Shown piece by piece: positions 30,510 through 46,400 of a DNA stretch of 64,000 nt. The DNA lies in the NCBI GenBank assembly GCA_964016885.1, contig OZ024745.1:5642001-5706000 (forward strand), read 5' to 3'. How positions within the stretch are numbered: position 1 is the first letter of the stretch; every line of letters begins with the position of its first letter. The DNA is from Eledone cirrhosa (taxonomy: Eukaryota). Under the pieces are notes generated by a model. It had not been told where the DNA came from and did not search any database. It saw only the letters and a list, made by a program, of their open reading frames with translations. A program made the position numbers and the translations under genes.

Positions 30510-32570
30510 GACAACATACATTTGGCCGTTATAAACAATGACAACATTTGGTCGTTATAAACAATCACAACATTTGATCGGTATAAACTATGAGAACATT
30601 TGGTCGTTATAAACTATGACAACATTTGATCGTTATAAACTATGAGAACATTTGGTCGTTATAAACAATGACAACATTTTTGTTATAAACTATGAGAACA
30701 TTTGGTCGTTATAAACTATGACGACATTTGATCGTTATAAACTATGAGAACATTTGGTCGTTATAAACAATGACAACATTTGATCGTTATAAACTATGAC
30801 AACATACATTTGGTCGTTATAAACTATGACAACATTTGATCGTTATAAACTATGAGAACATTTGGTCGTTATAAACTATGACAACATTTGGTCGTTATAA
30901 ACTATCACAACATACATTTCGTCGTTATAAACTATGACAACATTTGGTCGTTATAAACTATCACAATATACATTAGGTCGTTATAAACTATGACAACATT
31001 TGGTCGTTATGAACTATGACAACGTACATTTGGTGGTTATAAACTAGGGCAACATTTGGTCGTTATAAACTATGACAACATTTGATCGTTATAAACTATG
31101 ACAACATTTGGTCGTTATAAACTATGACCACATACATTTGGTCGTTATAAACTATAACAACATTTGGTCGTTATAAACTATGACAACATTTGGTCGTTAT
31201 AAACTATGACAACATTTGGTCGTTATAAACTATGACAACATACATTTGGTCGTTATAAACTATGACAACATTTGGTCGTTATAAACTATGACAATATACA
31301 TTAGGTCGTTATAAACTATGACAACATTTGGCCGTTATAAACTATGACAAAGTACATTTGGTGGTTATAAACTATGGCAACATTTGACCGTTATAAACTA
31401 TGACAACATTTGGTCGTTATAAACTATGACAACATTTGGTCGTTATAAACTATGAAAACATTTGGTCGTTATAAATTATGGCAACATTCGGTCGTTATAA
31501 ACTATGACAACATACATTTGGTCGTTATAAACTATGGCAACATACATTTGGCCGTTATAAACAATGACAACATTTGGTCGTTATAAACAATCACAACATT
31601 TGATCGGTATAAACTATGAGAACATTTGGTCGTTATAAACTATGACAACATTTGATCGTTATAAACTATGAGAACATTTGGTCGTTATAAACAATGACAA
31701 CATTTTTGTTATAAACTATGAGAACATTTGGTCGTTATAAACTATGACGACATTTGATCGTTATAAACTATGAGAACATTTGGTCGTTATAAACAATGAC
31801 AACATTTGATCGTTATAAACTATGACAACATACATTTGGTCGTTATAAACTATGACAACATTTGATCGTTATAAACTATGAGAACATTTGGTCGTTATAA
31901 ACTATGACAACATTTGGTCGTTATAAACTATCACAACATACATTTCGTCGTTATAAACTATGACAACATTTGGTCGTTATAAACTATCACAATATACATT
32001 AGGTCGTTATAAACTATGACAACATTTGGTCGTTATGAACTATGACAACGTACATTTGGTGGTTATAAACTAGGGCAACATTTGGTCGTTATAAACTATG
32101 ACAACATTTGATCGTTATAAACTATGACAACATTTGGTCGTTATAAACTATGACCACATACATTTGGTCGTTATAAACTATAACAACATTTGGTCGTTAT
32201 AAACTATGACAACATTTGGTCGTTATAAACTATGACAACATTTGGTCGTTATAAACTATGACAACATACATTTGGTCGTTATAAACTATGACAACATTTG
32301 GTCGTTATAAACTATGACAATATACATTAGGTCGTTATAAACTATGACAACATTTGGCCGTTATAAACTATGACAAAGTACATTTGGTGGTTATAAACTA
32401 TGGCAACATTTGACCGTTATAAACTATGACAACATTTGGTCGTTATAAACTATGACAACATTTGGTCGTTATAAACTATGAAAACATTTGGTCGTTATAA
32501 ATTATGGCAACATTCGGTCGTTATAAACTATGACAACATACATTTGGTCGTTATAAACTATGGCAACATA
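30510..32570 (+). repeat. 1026-bp tandem block duplication
   Basis: ACAACATTTTTG at 30671/31697, ACGACATTTG at 30721/31747 and TATGAAAACA at 31451/32477 are all 1026 apart. Confidence 0.93.
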
Positions 32571-33449
32571 CATTTGGTCGTTATAAACTATGACAACATA
32601 CATTTGGTCGTTATAAACTATGACAACATACATTTGGTCGTTATAAACTATGGCAACATACATTTGGTCGTTATAAACTAAGACAACATTTGGCCGTTAT
32701 AAACTATGACAACATACATTTGGTCGTTATAAACTATGACAACATACATTTGGTCGTTATAAACTATGACAACATACATTTGGTCGTTATAAACTATGAC
32801 AACATTTGGCCGTTATAAACTATGACAACATTTGGTCGTTATAAACTATGACAACTTTTGGTCGTTATAAACTATGACAACATACATTTGGTCGTTATAA
32901 ACTATGACAACATTTGGTCGTTATAAACTATGACAACATTTGGTCGTTATAAATTATGACAACATTTGATCGTTATAAACTATGACAACATACATTTGGT
33001 CGTTATAAACTATGACAACATTTGGTCGGTATAAACTATGACAACATACATTTGGACGTTATAAACTATGCCAACTTTTGGTCGTTATAAACTATGACAA
33101 CATACATTTCGTCGTTATAAACTATGGCAACATTTGGTCGTTATAAACTATGACAACATTTGGTCGTTATAAACTATGACAACATACATTTGGTCGTTAT
33201 AAATTATGACAACATTTGGTCGTTATAAACTATGAGAACAAACATTTGGTCGTTATAAACTATGACAACATACATTAGGTCGTTATAAACTATCACAACA
33301 TTTGGTCGTTATAAACTATCACAACATTTGGTTGTTATAAACTATGACAACATACATTTGGCCGTTATAAACAATGACAACATTTGATCGGTATAAACTA
33401 TGAGAACATTTGGTCGTTATAAACTATGACAACATTTGATCGTTATAAA

Positions 33450-36400
33450 CTATGAGAACATTTGGTCGTTATAAACAATGACAACATTTGATCGTTATAA
33501 ACTATGAGAACATTTGGTCGTTATAAACAATGACAACATTTTCGTTATAAACTATGAGAACATTTGGTCGTTATAAACTATGACAACATTTGATCGTTAT
33601 AAACTATGAGAACATTTGGTCCTTATAAACAATGACAACATTTGATCGTTATAAACTATGACAACATACATTTGGTCGTTATAAACTATGACAACATTTG
33701 ATCGTTATAAACTATGAGAACATTTGGTCGTTATAAACTATCACAGCATACATTTCGTCGTTATAAACTATGACAACATTTGGTCGTTATGAACTATGAC
33801 AACGTACATTTGGTGGTTATAAACTAGGGCAACATTTGGTCGTTATAAACTATGATAACATTTGATCGTTATAAACTATGACAACATTTGGTCGTTATAA
33901 ACTATGACCACATACATTTGGTCGTTATAAACTATGACAACATTTGGTCGTTATAAACTATGACAACATTTGGTCGTTATAAACTATGACAACATACATT
34001 TGGTCGTTATAAACTATGACAACATTTGGTCGTTATGAACTATGACAATATACATTAGGTCGTTATAAACTATGACAACATTTGGCCGTTATAAACTATG
34101 ACAAAATTACATTTGGTGGTTATAAACTATGGCAACATTTGACCGTTATAAACTATGACAACATTTGGTCGTTATAAACTATGACCACATACATTTGGTC
34201 GTTATAAACTATAAAAACATTTGGTCGTTATAAACTATGACAACATTTGGTCGTTATAAACTATGGCAACATTCGTTCGTTATAAACTATGACAACATAC
34301 ATTTGGTCGTTATAAACTATGACAACATACATTTGGTCGTTATAAACTACATACAACATACATTTGGTCGTTATAAACTATGACAATATACATTTGGTCG
34401 TTATAAACTATGACAACATTTGGTCGTTATAAACTATGACAACATACATTTGGTCGTTATAAACTATGACAACATACATTTGGTCGTTATAAACTATGAC
34501 AACATACATTTGGTCGTTATAAACTATGACAACATTTGGTCGTTATAAACTATGACAACATACATTTGGTCGTTATAAACTATGACAACATACATTTGGT
34601 CGTTATAAACTATGACAACATACACTTGGTCGTTATAAACTATGGCAACATACATTTGGTCGTTATAAACTATGACAACATTTGGCCGTTATAAACTATG
34701 ACAACATAAATTTGGTCATTATAAACTATGACAACATACATTTGGACGTTATAAACTATGACAACTTTTGGTCGTTATAAACTATGACAACATACATTTG
34801 GTCGTTATAAACTATGACAACATACATTTGGACGTTATAAACTATGACAACATACATTAGTTCGTTATAAACTATGACAACATTTGGTCGTTATAAACTA
34901 TGACAACATACATTTGTTCGTTATAAACTATGACAACATTTGTTCTTTATAAACTATGACAACATTTGGTCGTTATAAACTATGACAACATTTGGTCGTT
35001 ATAAACTATGACAACATACATTTGGTCGTTATAAACTATGACAACATTTGGCCGTTATAAACTATGACAACATTTGGTCGTTATAAACTATTACAACTTT
35101 TGGTCGTTATAAACTATGACAACATACATTTGGTCGTTATAAACTATGACAACATACATTTGGTCGTTATAAACTATGACAACATTTGGTCGATATAAAC
35201 TATGACAACATTTGGTCGTTATAACCTATGACAACATTTGATCGTTATAAACTATGACAACATACATTTGGTCGTTATAAACTATGACAACATTTGGTCA
35301 GTATAAACTATGACAACATACGTTTCGTCGTTATAAACTATGGCAACATTTGGTCGTTATAAACTATGACAACTTTTGGTCGTTATGAACTATGACAACA
35401 TACATTTGGTCGTTATAAATTATGACAACATTTGGTCGTTATAAACTATGAGAACAAACATTTGGTCGTTATAAACTATGACAACATACATTAGGTCGTT
35501 ATAAACTATCACAACATTTTGTCGTTATAAACTATGACAACATTTGGTCGTTATAAACTATGACAACATACATTTGGTCGTTATAAACTATGGCAACATT
35601 TGGTTGTTATAAACTATGACAACATACATTTGGCCGTTATAAACAATGACAACATTTGGTCGTTATAAACAATCACAACATTTGATCGGTATAAACTATG
35701 AGAACATTTGGTCGTTATAAACAATGACAACATTTTCGTTATAAACTATGAGAACATTTGGTCGTTATAAACTATGACAACATTTGATCGTTATAAACTA
35801 TGAGAACATTTGGTCGTTATAAACAATGACAACATTTGATCGTTATAAACTATGAGAACATTTGGTCGTTATAAACAATGACAACATTTTCGTTATAAAC
35901 TATGAGAACATTTGGTCGTTATAAACTATGACAACATTTGATCGTTATAAACTATGAGAACATTTGGTCGTTATAAACAATGACAACATTTGATCGTTAT
36001 AAACTATGACAACATACATTTGGTCGTTATAAACTATGACAACATTTGATCGTTATAAACTATGAGAACATTTGGTCGTTATAAACTATCACAGCATACA
36101 TTTCGTCGTTATAAACTATGACAACATTTGGTCGTTATGAACTATGACAACGTACATTTGGTGGTTATAAACTAGGGCAACATTTGGTCGTTATAAACTA
36201 TGATAACATTTGATCGTTATAAACTATGACAACATTTGGTCGTTATAAACTATGACCACATACATTTGGTCGTTATAAACTATGTCAACATTTGGTCGTT
36301 ATAAACTATGACAACATACATTTGGTCGTTATAAACTATGACAACATTTGGTCGTTATGAACTATGACAATATACATTAGGTCGTTATAAACTATGACAA

Positions 36401-39400
36401 CATTTGGCCGTTATAAACTATGACAAAGTACATTTGGTCGTTATAAACTATGGCAACATACATTTGGTCGTTATAAACTATGACAACATTTGGTCGTTAT
36501 AAACTATGACCACATACATTTGGTCGTTATAAACTATAAAAACATTTGGTCGTTATAAACTATGACAACATTTGGTCGTTATAAACTATGGCAACATTCG
36601 GTCGTTATAAACTATGACAACATACATTTGGTCGTTATAAACTATGACAACATACATTTGGTCGTTATAAACTACATACAACATACATTTGGTCGTTATA
36701 AACTATGACAATATACATTTGGTCGTTATAAACTATGACAACATTTGGTCGTTATAAACTATGACAACATACATTTGGTCGTTATAAACTATGACAACAT
36801 ACATTTGGTCGTTATAAACTATGACAACATACATTTGGTCGTTATAAACTATGACAACATTTGGTCGTTATAAACTATGACAACATACATTTGGTCGTTA
36901 TAAACTATGACAACATACATTTGGTCGTTATAAACTATGACAACATACACTTGGTCGTTATAAACTATGGCAACATACATTTGGTCGTTATAAACTATGA
37001 CAACATTTGGCCGTTATAAACTATGACAACATACATTTGGTCGTTATAAACTATGACAACATACATTTGGACGTTATAAACTATGACAACATTTGGTCGT
37101 TATAAACTATGACAACATACATTTGGTCGTTATAAACTATGACAACATACATTTGGACGTTATAAACTATGACAACATACATTAGTTCGTTATAAACTAT
37201 GACAACATTTGGTCGTTATAAACTATGACAACATACATTTGTTCGTTATAAACTATGACAACATTTGTTCTTTATAAACTATGACAACATTTGGTCGTTA
37301 TAAACTATGACAACATTTGGTCGTTATAAGCTATGACAACATACATTTGGTCGTTATAAACTATGACAACATTTGGCCGTTATAAACTATGACAACATTT
37401 GGTCGTTATAAACTATTACAACTTTTGGTCGTTATAAAGTATGACAACATACATTTGGTCGTTATAAACTATGACAACATACATTTGGTCGTTATAAACT
37501 ATGACAACATTTGGTCGTTATAAACTATGACAACATTTGGTCGTTATAACCTATGACAACATTTGATCGTTATAAACTATGACAACATACATTTGGTCGT
37601 TATAAACTATGACAACATTTGGTCAGTATAAACTATGACAACATACGTTTCGTCGTTATAAACTATGGCAACATTTGGTCGTTATAAACTATGACAACTT
37701 TTGGTCGTTATGAACTATGACAACATACATTTGGTCGTTATAAATTATTACAACATTTGGTCGTTATAAACTATGAGAACAAACATTTGGTCGTTATAAA
37801 CTATGACAACATACATTAGGTCGTTATAAACTATCACAACATTTTGTCGTTATAAACTATGACAACATTTGGTCGTTATAAACTATGACAACATACATTT
37901 GGTCGTTATAAACTATGGCAACATTTGGTTGTTATAAACTATGACAACATACATTTGGCCGTTATAAACAATGACAACATTTGGTCGTTATAAACAATCA
38001 CAACATTTGATCGGTATAAACTATGAGAACATTTGGTCGTTATAAACAATGACAACATTTTCGTTATAAACTATGAGAACATTTGGTCGTTATAAACTAT
38101 GACAACATTTGATCGTTATAAACTATGAGAACATTTGGTCGTTATAAACAATGACAACATTTGATCGTTATAAACTATGACAACATACATTTGGTCGTTA
38201 TAAACTATGACAACATTTGATCGTTATAAACTATGAGAACATTTGGTCGTTATAAACTATCACAGCATACATTTCGTCGTTATAAACTATGACAACATTT
38301 GGTCGTTATGAACTATGACAACGTACATTTGGTGGTTATAAACTAGGGCAACATTTGGTCGTTATAAACTATGATAACATTTGATCGTTATAAACTATGA
38401 CAACATTTGGTCGTTATAAACTATGACCACATACATTTGGTCGTTATAAACTATGACAACATTTGGTCGTTATAAACTATGACAACATTTGGTCGTTATA
38501 AACTATGACAACATACATTTGGTCGTTATAAACTATGACAACATTTGGTCGTTATGAACTATGACAATATACATTAGGTCGTTATAAACTATGACAACAT
38601 TTGGCCGTTATAAACTATGACAAAGTACATTTGGTGGTTATAAACTATGGCAACATTTGACCGTTATAAACTATGACAACATTTGGTCGTTATAAACTAT
38701 GACCACATACATTTGGTCGTTATAAACTATAAAAACATTTGGTCGTTATAAACTATGACAACATTTGGTCGTTATAAACTATGGCAACATTCGGTCGTTA
38801 TAAACTATGACAACATACATTTGGTCGTTATAAACTATGACAACATACATTTGGTCGTTATAAACTACATACAACATACATTTGGTCGTTATAAACTATG
38901 ACAATATACATTTGGTCGTTATAAACTATGACAACATTTGGTCGTTATAAACTATGACAACATACATTTGGTCGTTATAAACTATGACAACATACATTTG
39001 GTCGTTATAAACTATGACAACATACATTTGGTCGTTATAAACTATGACAACATTTGGCCGTTATAAACTATGACAAAGTACATTTGGTGGTTATAAACTA
39101 TGGCAACATTTGACCGTTATAAACTATGACAACATTTGGTCGTTATAAACTATGACCACATACATTTGGTCGTTATAAACTATAAAAACATTTGGTCGTT
39201 ATAAACTATGACAACATTTGGTCGTTATAAACTATGGCAACATTCGGTCGTTATAAACTATGACAACATACATTTGGTCGTTATAAACTATGACAACATA
39301 CATTTGGTCGTTATAAACTATGACAACATACATTTGGTCGTTATAAACTATGACAACATACATTTGGTCGTTATAAACTATGACAACATTTGGTCGTTAT

Positions 39401-40400
39401 AAACTATGACAACATACATTTGGTCGTTATAAACTATGACAACATACATTTGGTCGTTATAAACTATGACAACATACATTTGGTCGTTATAAACTATGAC
39501 AACATACATTTGGACGTTATAAACTATGACAACATTTGGTCGTTATAAACTATGACAACATACATTTGGTCGTTATAAACTATGACAACATACATTTGGA
39601 CGTTATAAACTATGACAACATACATTAGTTCGTTATAAACTATGACAACATTTGGTCGTTATAAACTATGACAACATACATTTGTTCGTTATAAACTATG
39701 ACAACATTTGTTCTTTATAAACTATGACAACATTTGGTCGTTATAAACTATGACAACATTTGGTCGTTATAAACTATGACAACATACATTTGGTCGTTAT
39801 AAACTATGACAACATTTGGCCGTTATAAACTATGACAACATTTGGTCGTTATAAACTATTACAACTTTTGGTCGTTATAAACTATGACAACATACATTTG
39901 GTCGTTATAAACTATGACAACATACATTTGGTCGTTATAAACTATGACAACATTTGGTCGTTATAAACTATGACAACATTTGGTCGTTATAACCTATGAC
40001 AACATTTGATCGTTATAAACTATGACAACATACATTTGGTCGTTATAAACTATGACAACATTTGGTCAGTATAAACTATGACACCATACGTTTCGTCGTT
40101 ATAAACTATGGCAACATTTGGTCGTTATAAACTATGACAACTTTTGGTCGTTATGAACTATGACAACATACATTTGGTCGTTATAAATTATGACAACATT
40201 TGGTCGTTATAAACTATGAGAACAAACATTTGGTCGTTATAAACTATGACAACATACATTAGGTCGTTATAAACTATCACAACATTTTGTCGTTATAAAC
40301 TATGACAACATTTGGTCGTTATAAACTATGACAACATACATTTGGTCGTTATAAACTATGGCAACATTTGGTTGTTATAAACAATCACAACATTTGATCG
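33450..40400 (+). repeat. Three successive ~2.2-2.4-kb HOR copies
   Basis: ACTACATACA occurs at 34346/36671/38864 (spacings 2325, 2193) and TTTGGTCAGT at 35293/37618/40061 (spacings 2325, 2443). Confidence 0.85.
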
Positions 40401-43400
40401 GTATAAACTATGAGAACATTTGGTCGTTATAAACAATGACAACATTTTCGTTATAAACTATGAGAACATTTGGTCGTTATAAACTATGACAACATTTGAT
40501 CGTTATAAACTATGAGAACATTTGGTCGTTATAAACAATGACAACATTTGATCGTTATAAACTATGACAACATACATTTGGTCGTTATAAACTATGACAA
40601 CATTTGATCGTTATAAACTATGAGAACATTTGGTCGTTATAAACTATGACAACATTTGGTCGTTATAAACTATCACAACATACATTTCGTCGTTATAAAC
40701 TATGACAACATTTGGTCGTTATAAACTATCACAATATACATTAGGTCGTTATAAACTATGACAACATTTGGTTGTTATGAACTATGACAACGTACATTTG
40801 GTGGTTATAAACTAGGGCAACATTTGGTCGTTATAAACTATGACAACATTTGATCGTTATAAACTATGACAACATTTGGTCGTTATAAACTATGACCACA
40901 TACATTTGGTCGTTATAAACTATAACAACATTTGGTCGTTATAAACTATGACAACATTTGGTCGTTATAAACTATGACAACATTTGGTCGTTATAAACTA
41001 TGACAACATACATTTGGACGTTATAAACTATGACAACATTTGGTCGTTATGAACTATGACAACATACATTTGGTCGTTATAAACTATGACAACATACATT
41101 TGGACGTTATAAACTATGACAATATACATTAGTTCGTTATAAACTATGACAACATTTGGTCGTTATAAACTATGACAACATACATTTGTTCGTTATAAAC
41201 TATGACAACATTTGGTTGTTATAAACTATGACAACATTTGGTCGTTATAAACTATGACAACATTTGGTCGTTATAAACTATGACAACATACATTTGGTCG
41301 TTATAAACTATGACAACATTTGGCCGTTATAAACTATGACAACATTTGGTCGTTATAAACTATGACAACTTTTGGTCGTTATAAACTATGACAACATACA
41401 TTTGGACGTTATAAACTATGACAACATTTGGTCGTTATAAAGTATGACAACATTTGGTATTTATAAACTATGACAATATACATTTGGTCGTTATAAACTA
41501 TGACATCATACATTTGGTCGTTATAAACTATGACAACATTTGGTCGTCATAAACTATGACAACATTTGGTCGTTATAAACTATGACAACATTTGGTCGTT
41601 ATAAACTATGACAACATACATTTGGTCGTTATAAACAATGACAACATTTGGTCGTTATAAACAATGACAACATTTGATCGGTATAAACTATGAGAACATT
41701 TGGTCGTTATAAACTATGACAATAATTGATCGTTATAAACTATGAGAACATTTGGTTGTTATAAACAATGACAACATTTATCGTTATAAACTATGAGAAC
41801 ATTTGGTCGTTATAAACTATGACAACATTTGATCGTTATAAACTATGAGAACATTTGGTCGTTATAAACAATGACAACATTTGATCGTTATAAACTATAA
41901 AAACATTTGGTCGTTATAAACTATGACAACATTTGGTCGTTATAAACTATGGCACCATTCGGTCGTTATAAACTATGACAACATACATTTGGTCGTTATA
42001 AACTATGGCAACATACATTTGGTCGTTATAAACTATGACAACATTTGGTCGTTATAAAATATGACAACATACATTTGGTCGTTATAATCTATGACAACAT
42101 ACATTTGGTCGTTATAAACTATGACAACATACATTTGGTCGTTATAAACTATGGCAACATACATTTGGTCGTTATAAACTATGACAACATTTGGCCGTTA
42201 TAAACTATGACAACATACATTTGGTCGTTATAAACTATGACAACATACATTTGGTCGTTATAAACTATGACAACATACATTTGGACGTTATAAACTATGA
42301 CAACATTTGGTCGTTATAAACTATGACAACATACATTTGGTCGTTATAAACTATGGCAACATTTGGTTGTTATAAACTATGACAACATACATTTGGCCGT
42401 TATAAACAATGACAACATTTGGTCGTTATAAACAATCACAACATTTGATCGGTATAAACTATGAGAACATTTGGTCGTTATAAACTATGACAACATTTGA
42501 TCGTTATAAACTATGAGAACATTTGGTCGTTATAAACAATGACAACATTTTCGTTATAAACTATGAGAACATTTGGTCGTTATAAACTATGACAACATTT
42601 GATCGTTATAAACTATGAGAACATTTGGTCGTTATAAACAATGACAATATTTGATCGTTATAAACTATGACAACATACATTTGGTCGTTATAAACTATGA
42701 CAACATTTGATCGTTATAAACTATGAGAACATTTGGTCGTTATAAACTATGACAACATTTGGTCGTTATAAACTATCACAGCATACATTTCGTCGTTATA
42801 AACTATGACAACATTTGGTCGTTATGAACTATGACAACGTACATTTGGTGGTTATAAACTAGGGCAACATTTGGTCGTTATAAACTATGACAACATTTGA
42901 TCGTTATAAACTATGACAACATTTGGTCGTTATAAACTATGACCACATACATTTGGTCGTTATAAACTATGACAACATTTGGTCGTTATAAACTATGACA
43001 ACATTTGGTCGTTATAAACTATGACAACTTTTGGTCGTTATGAACTATGACAACATACATTTGGTCGTTATAAATTATGACAACATTTGGTCGTTATAAA
43101 CTATGAGAACAAACATTTGGTCGTTATAAACTATGACAACTTTTGGTCGTTATGAACTATGACAACATACATTTGGTCGTTATAAATTATGACAACATTT
43201 GGTCGTTATAAACTATGAGAACAAACATTTGGTCGTTATAAACTATGACAACATACATTAGGTCGTTATAAACTATCACAACATTTTGTCGTTATAAACT
43301 ATGACAACATTTGGTCGTTATAAACTATGACAACATACATTTGGTCGTTATAAACTATGGCAACATTTGGTTGTTATAAACTATGACAACATACATTTGG

Positions 43401-46400
43401 CCGTTATAAACAATGACAACATTTGGTCGTTATAAACAATCACAACATTTGATCGGTATAAACTATGAGAACATTTGGTCGTTATAAACAATGACAACAT
43501 TTTCGTTATAAACTATGAGAACATTTGGTCGTTATAAACTATGACAACATTTGATCGTTATAAACTATGAGAACATTTGGTCGTTATAAACAATGACAAC
43601 ATTTGATCGTTATAAACTATGACAACATACATTTGGTCGTTATAAACTATGACAACATTTGATCGTTATAAACTATGAGAACATTTGGTCGTTATAAACT
43701 ATGACAACATTTGGTCGTTATAAACTATCACAACATACATTTCGTCGTTATAAACTATGACAACATTTGGTCGTTATAAACTATCACAATATACATTAGG
43801 TCGTTATAAACTATGACAACATTTGGTTGTTATGAACTATGACAACGTACATTTGGTGGTTATAAACTAGGGCAACATTTGGTCGTTATAAACTATGACA
43901 ACATTTGATCGTTATAAACTATGACAACATTTGGTCGTTATAAACTATGACCACATACATTTGGTCGTTATAAACTATAACAACATTTGGTCGTTATAAA
44001 CTATGACAACATTTGGTCGTTATAAACTATGACAACATTTGGTCGTTATAAACTATGACAACATACATTTGGACGTTATAAACTATGACAACATTTGGTC
44101 GTTATGAACTATGACAACATACATTTGGTCGTTATAAACTATGACAACATACATTTGGACGTTATAAACTATGACAACATACATTAGTTCGTTATAAACT
44201 ATGACAACATTTGGTCGTTATAAACTATGACAACATACATTTGTTCGTTATAAACTATGACATCATTTGGTTGTTATAAACTATGACAACATTTGGTCGT
44301 TATAAACTATGACAACATTTGGTCGTTATAAACTATGACAACATACATTTGGTCGTTATAAACTATGACAACATTTGGCCGTTATAAACTATGACAACAT
44401 TTGGTCGTTATAAACTATGACAACTTTTGGTCGTTATAAACTATGACAACATACATTTGGACGTTATAAACTATGACAACATTTGGTCGTTATAAACTAT
44501 GACAACATTTGGTATTTATAAACTATGACAATATACATTTGGTCGTTATAAACTATGACAACATACATTTGGTCGTTATAAACTATGACAACATTTGGTC
44601 GTCATAAACTATGACAACATTTGGTCGTTATAAACTATGACAACATTTGGTCGTTATAAACTATGACAACATACATTTGGTCGTTATAAACAATGACAAC
44701 ATTTGGTCGTTATAAACAATGACAACATTTGATCGGTATAAACTATGAGAACATTTGGTCGTTATAAACTATGACAATAATTGATCGTTATAAACTATGA
44801 GAACATTTGGTTGTTATAAACAATGACAACATTTATCGTTATAAACTATGAGAACATTTGGTCGTTATAAACTATGACAACATACATTTGGCCGTTATAA
44901 ACAATGACAACATTTGATCGGTATAAACTATGAGAACATTTGGTCGTTATAAACTATGACAACATTTGATCGTTATAAACTATGAGAACATTTGGTCGTT
45001 ATAAACAATGACAACATTTGATCGTTATAAACTATGAGAACATTTGGTCGTTATAAACAATGACAACATTTTCGTTATAAACTATGAGAACATTTGGTCG
45101 TTATAAACTATGACAACATTTGATCGTTATAAACTATGAGAACATTTGGTCGTTATAAACAATGACAACATTTGATCGTTATAAACTATGACAACATACA
45201 TTTGGTCGTTATAAACTATGACAACATTTGATCGTTATAAACTATGAGAACATTTGGTCGTTATAAACTATCACAGCATACATTTCGTCGTTATAAACTA
45301 TGACAACATTTGGTCGTTTTGAACTATGACAACGTACATTTGGTGGTTATAAACTAGGGCAACATTTGGTCGTTATAAACTATGATAACATTTGATCGTT
45401 ATAAACTATGACAACATTTGGTCGTTATAAACTATGACCACATACATTTGGTCGTTATAAACTATGACAACATTTGATCGTTATAAACTATGACAACATA
45501 CATTTGGTCGTTATAAACTATGACAACATTTGATCGTTATAAACTATGAGAACATTTGGTCGTTATAAACTATCACAGCATACATTTCGTCGTTATAAAC
45601 TATGACAACATTTGGTCGTTATGAACTATGACAATATACATTAGGTCGTTATAAACTATGACAACATTTGGCCGTTATAAACTATGACAAAGTACATTTG
45701 GTGGTTATAAACTATGGCAACATTTGACCGTTATAAACTATGACAACATTTGGTCGTTATAAACTATGACCACATACATTTGGTCGTTATAAACTATAAA
45801 AACATTTGGTCGTTATAAACTATGACAACATTTGGTCGTTATAAACTATGGCAACATTCGGTCGTTATAAACTATGACAACATACATTTGGTCGTTATAA
45901 ACTATGACAACATACATTTGGTCGTTATAAACTACATACAACATACATTTGGTCGTTATAAACTATGACAATATACATTTGGTCGTTATAAACTATGACA
46001 ACATTTGGTCGTTATAAACTATGACAACATACATTTGGTCGTTATAAACTATGACAACATACATTTGGTCGTTATAAACTATGACAACATACATTTGGTC
46101 GTTATAAACTATGACAACATTTGGTCGTTATAAACTATGACAACATACATTTGGTCGTTATAAACTATGACAACATACATTTGGTCGTTATAAACTATGA
46201 CAACATACACTTGGTCGTTATAAACTATGGCAACATACATTTGGTCGTTATAAACTATGACAACATACATTTGGTCGTTATAAACTATGACAACATTTGG
46301 TCGTTATAAACTATTACAACTTTTGGTCGTTATAAACTATGACAACATACATTTGGTCGTTATAAACTATGACAACATACATTTGGTCGTTATAAACTAT

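Noticed and set aside
34098-34115. Singleton +1 variant ACAAAATTACAT
   Set aside because: It is an extra base in a homopolymer seen once, so it is plausibly a sequencing error.
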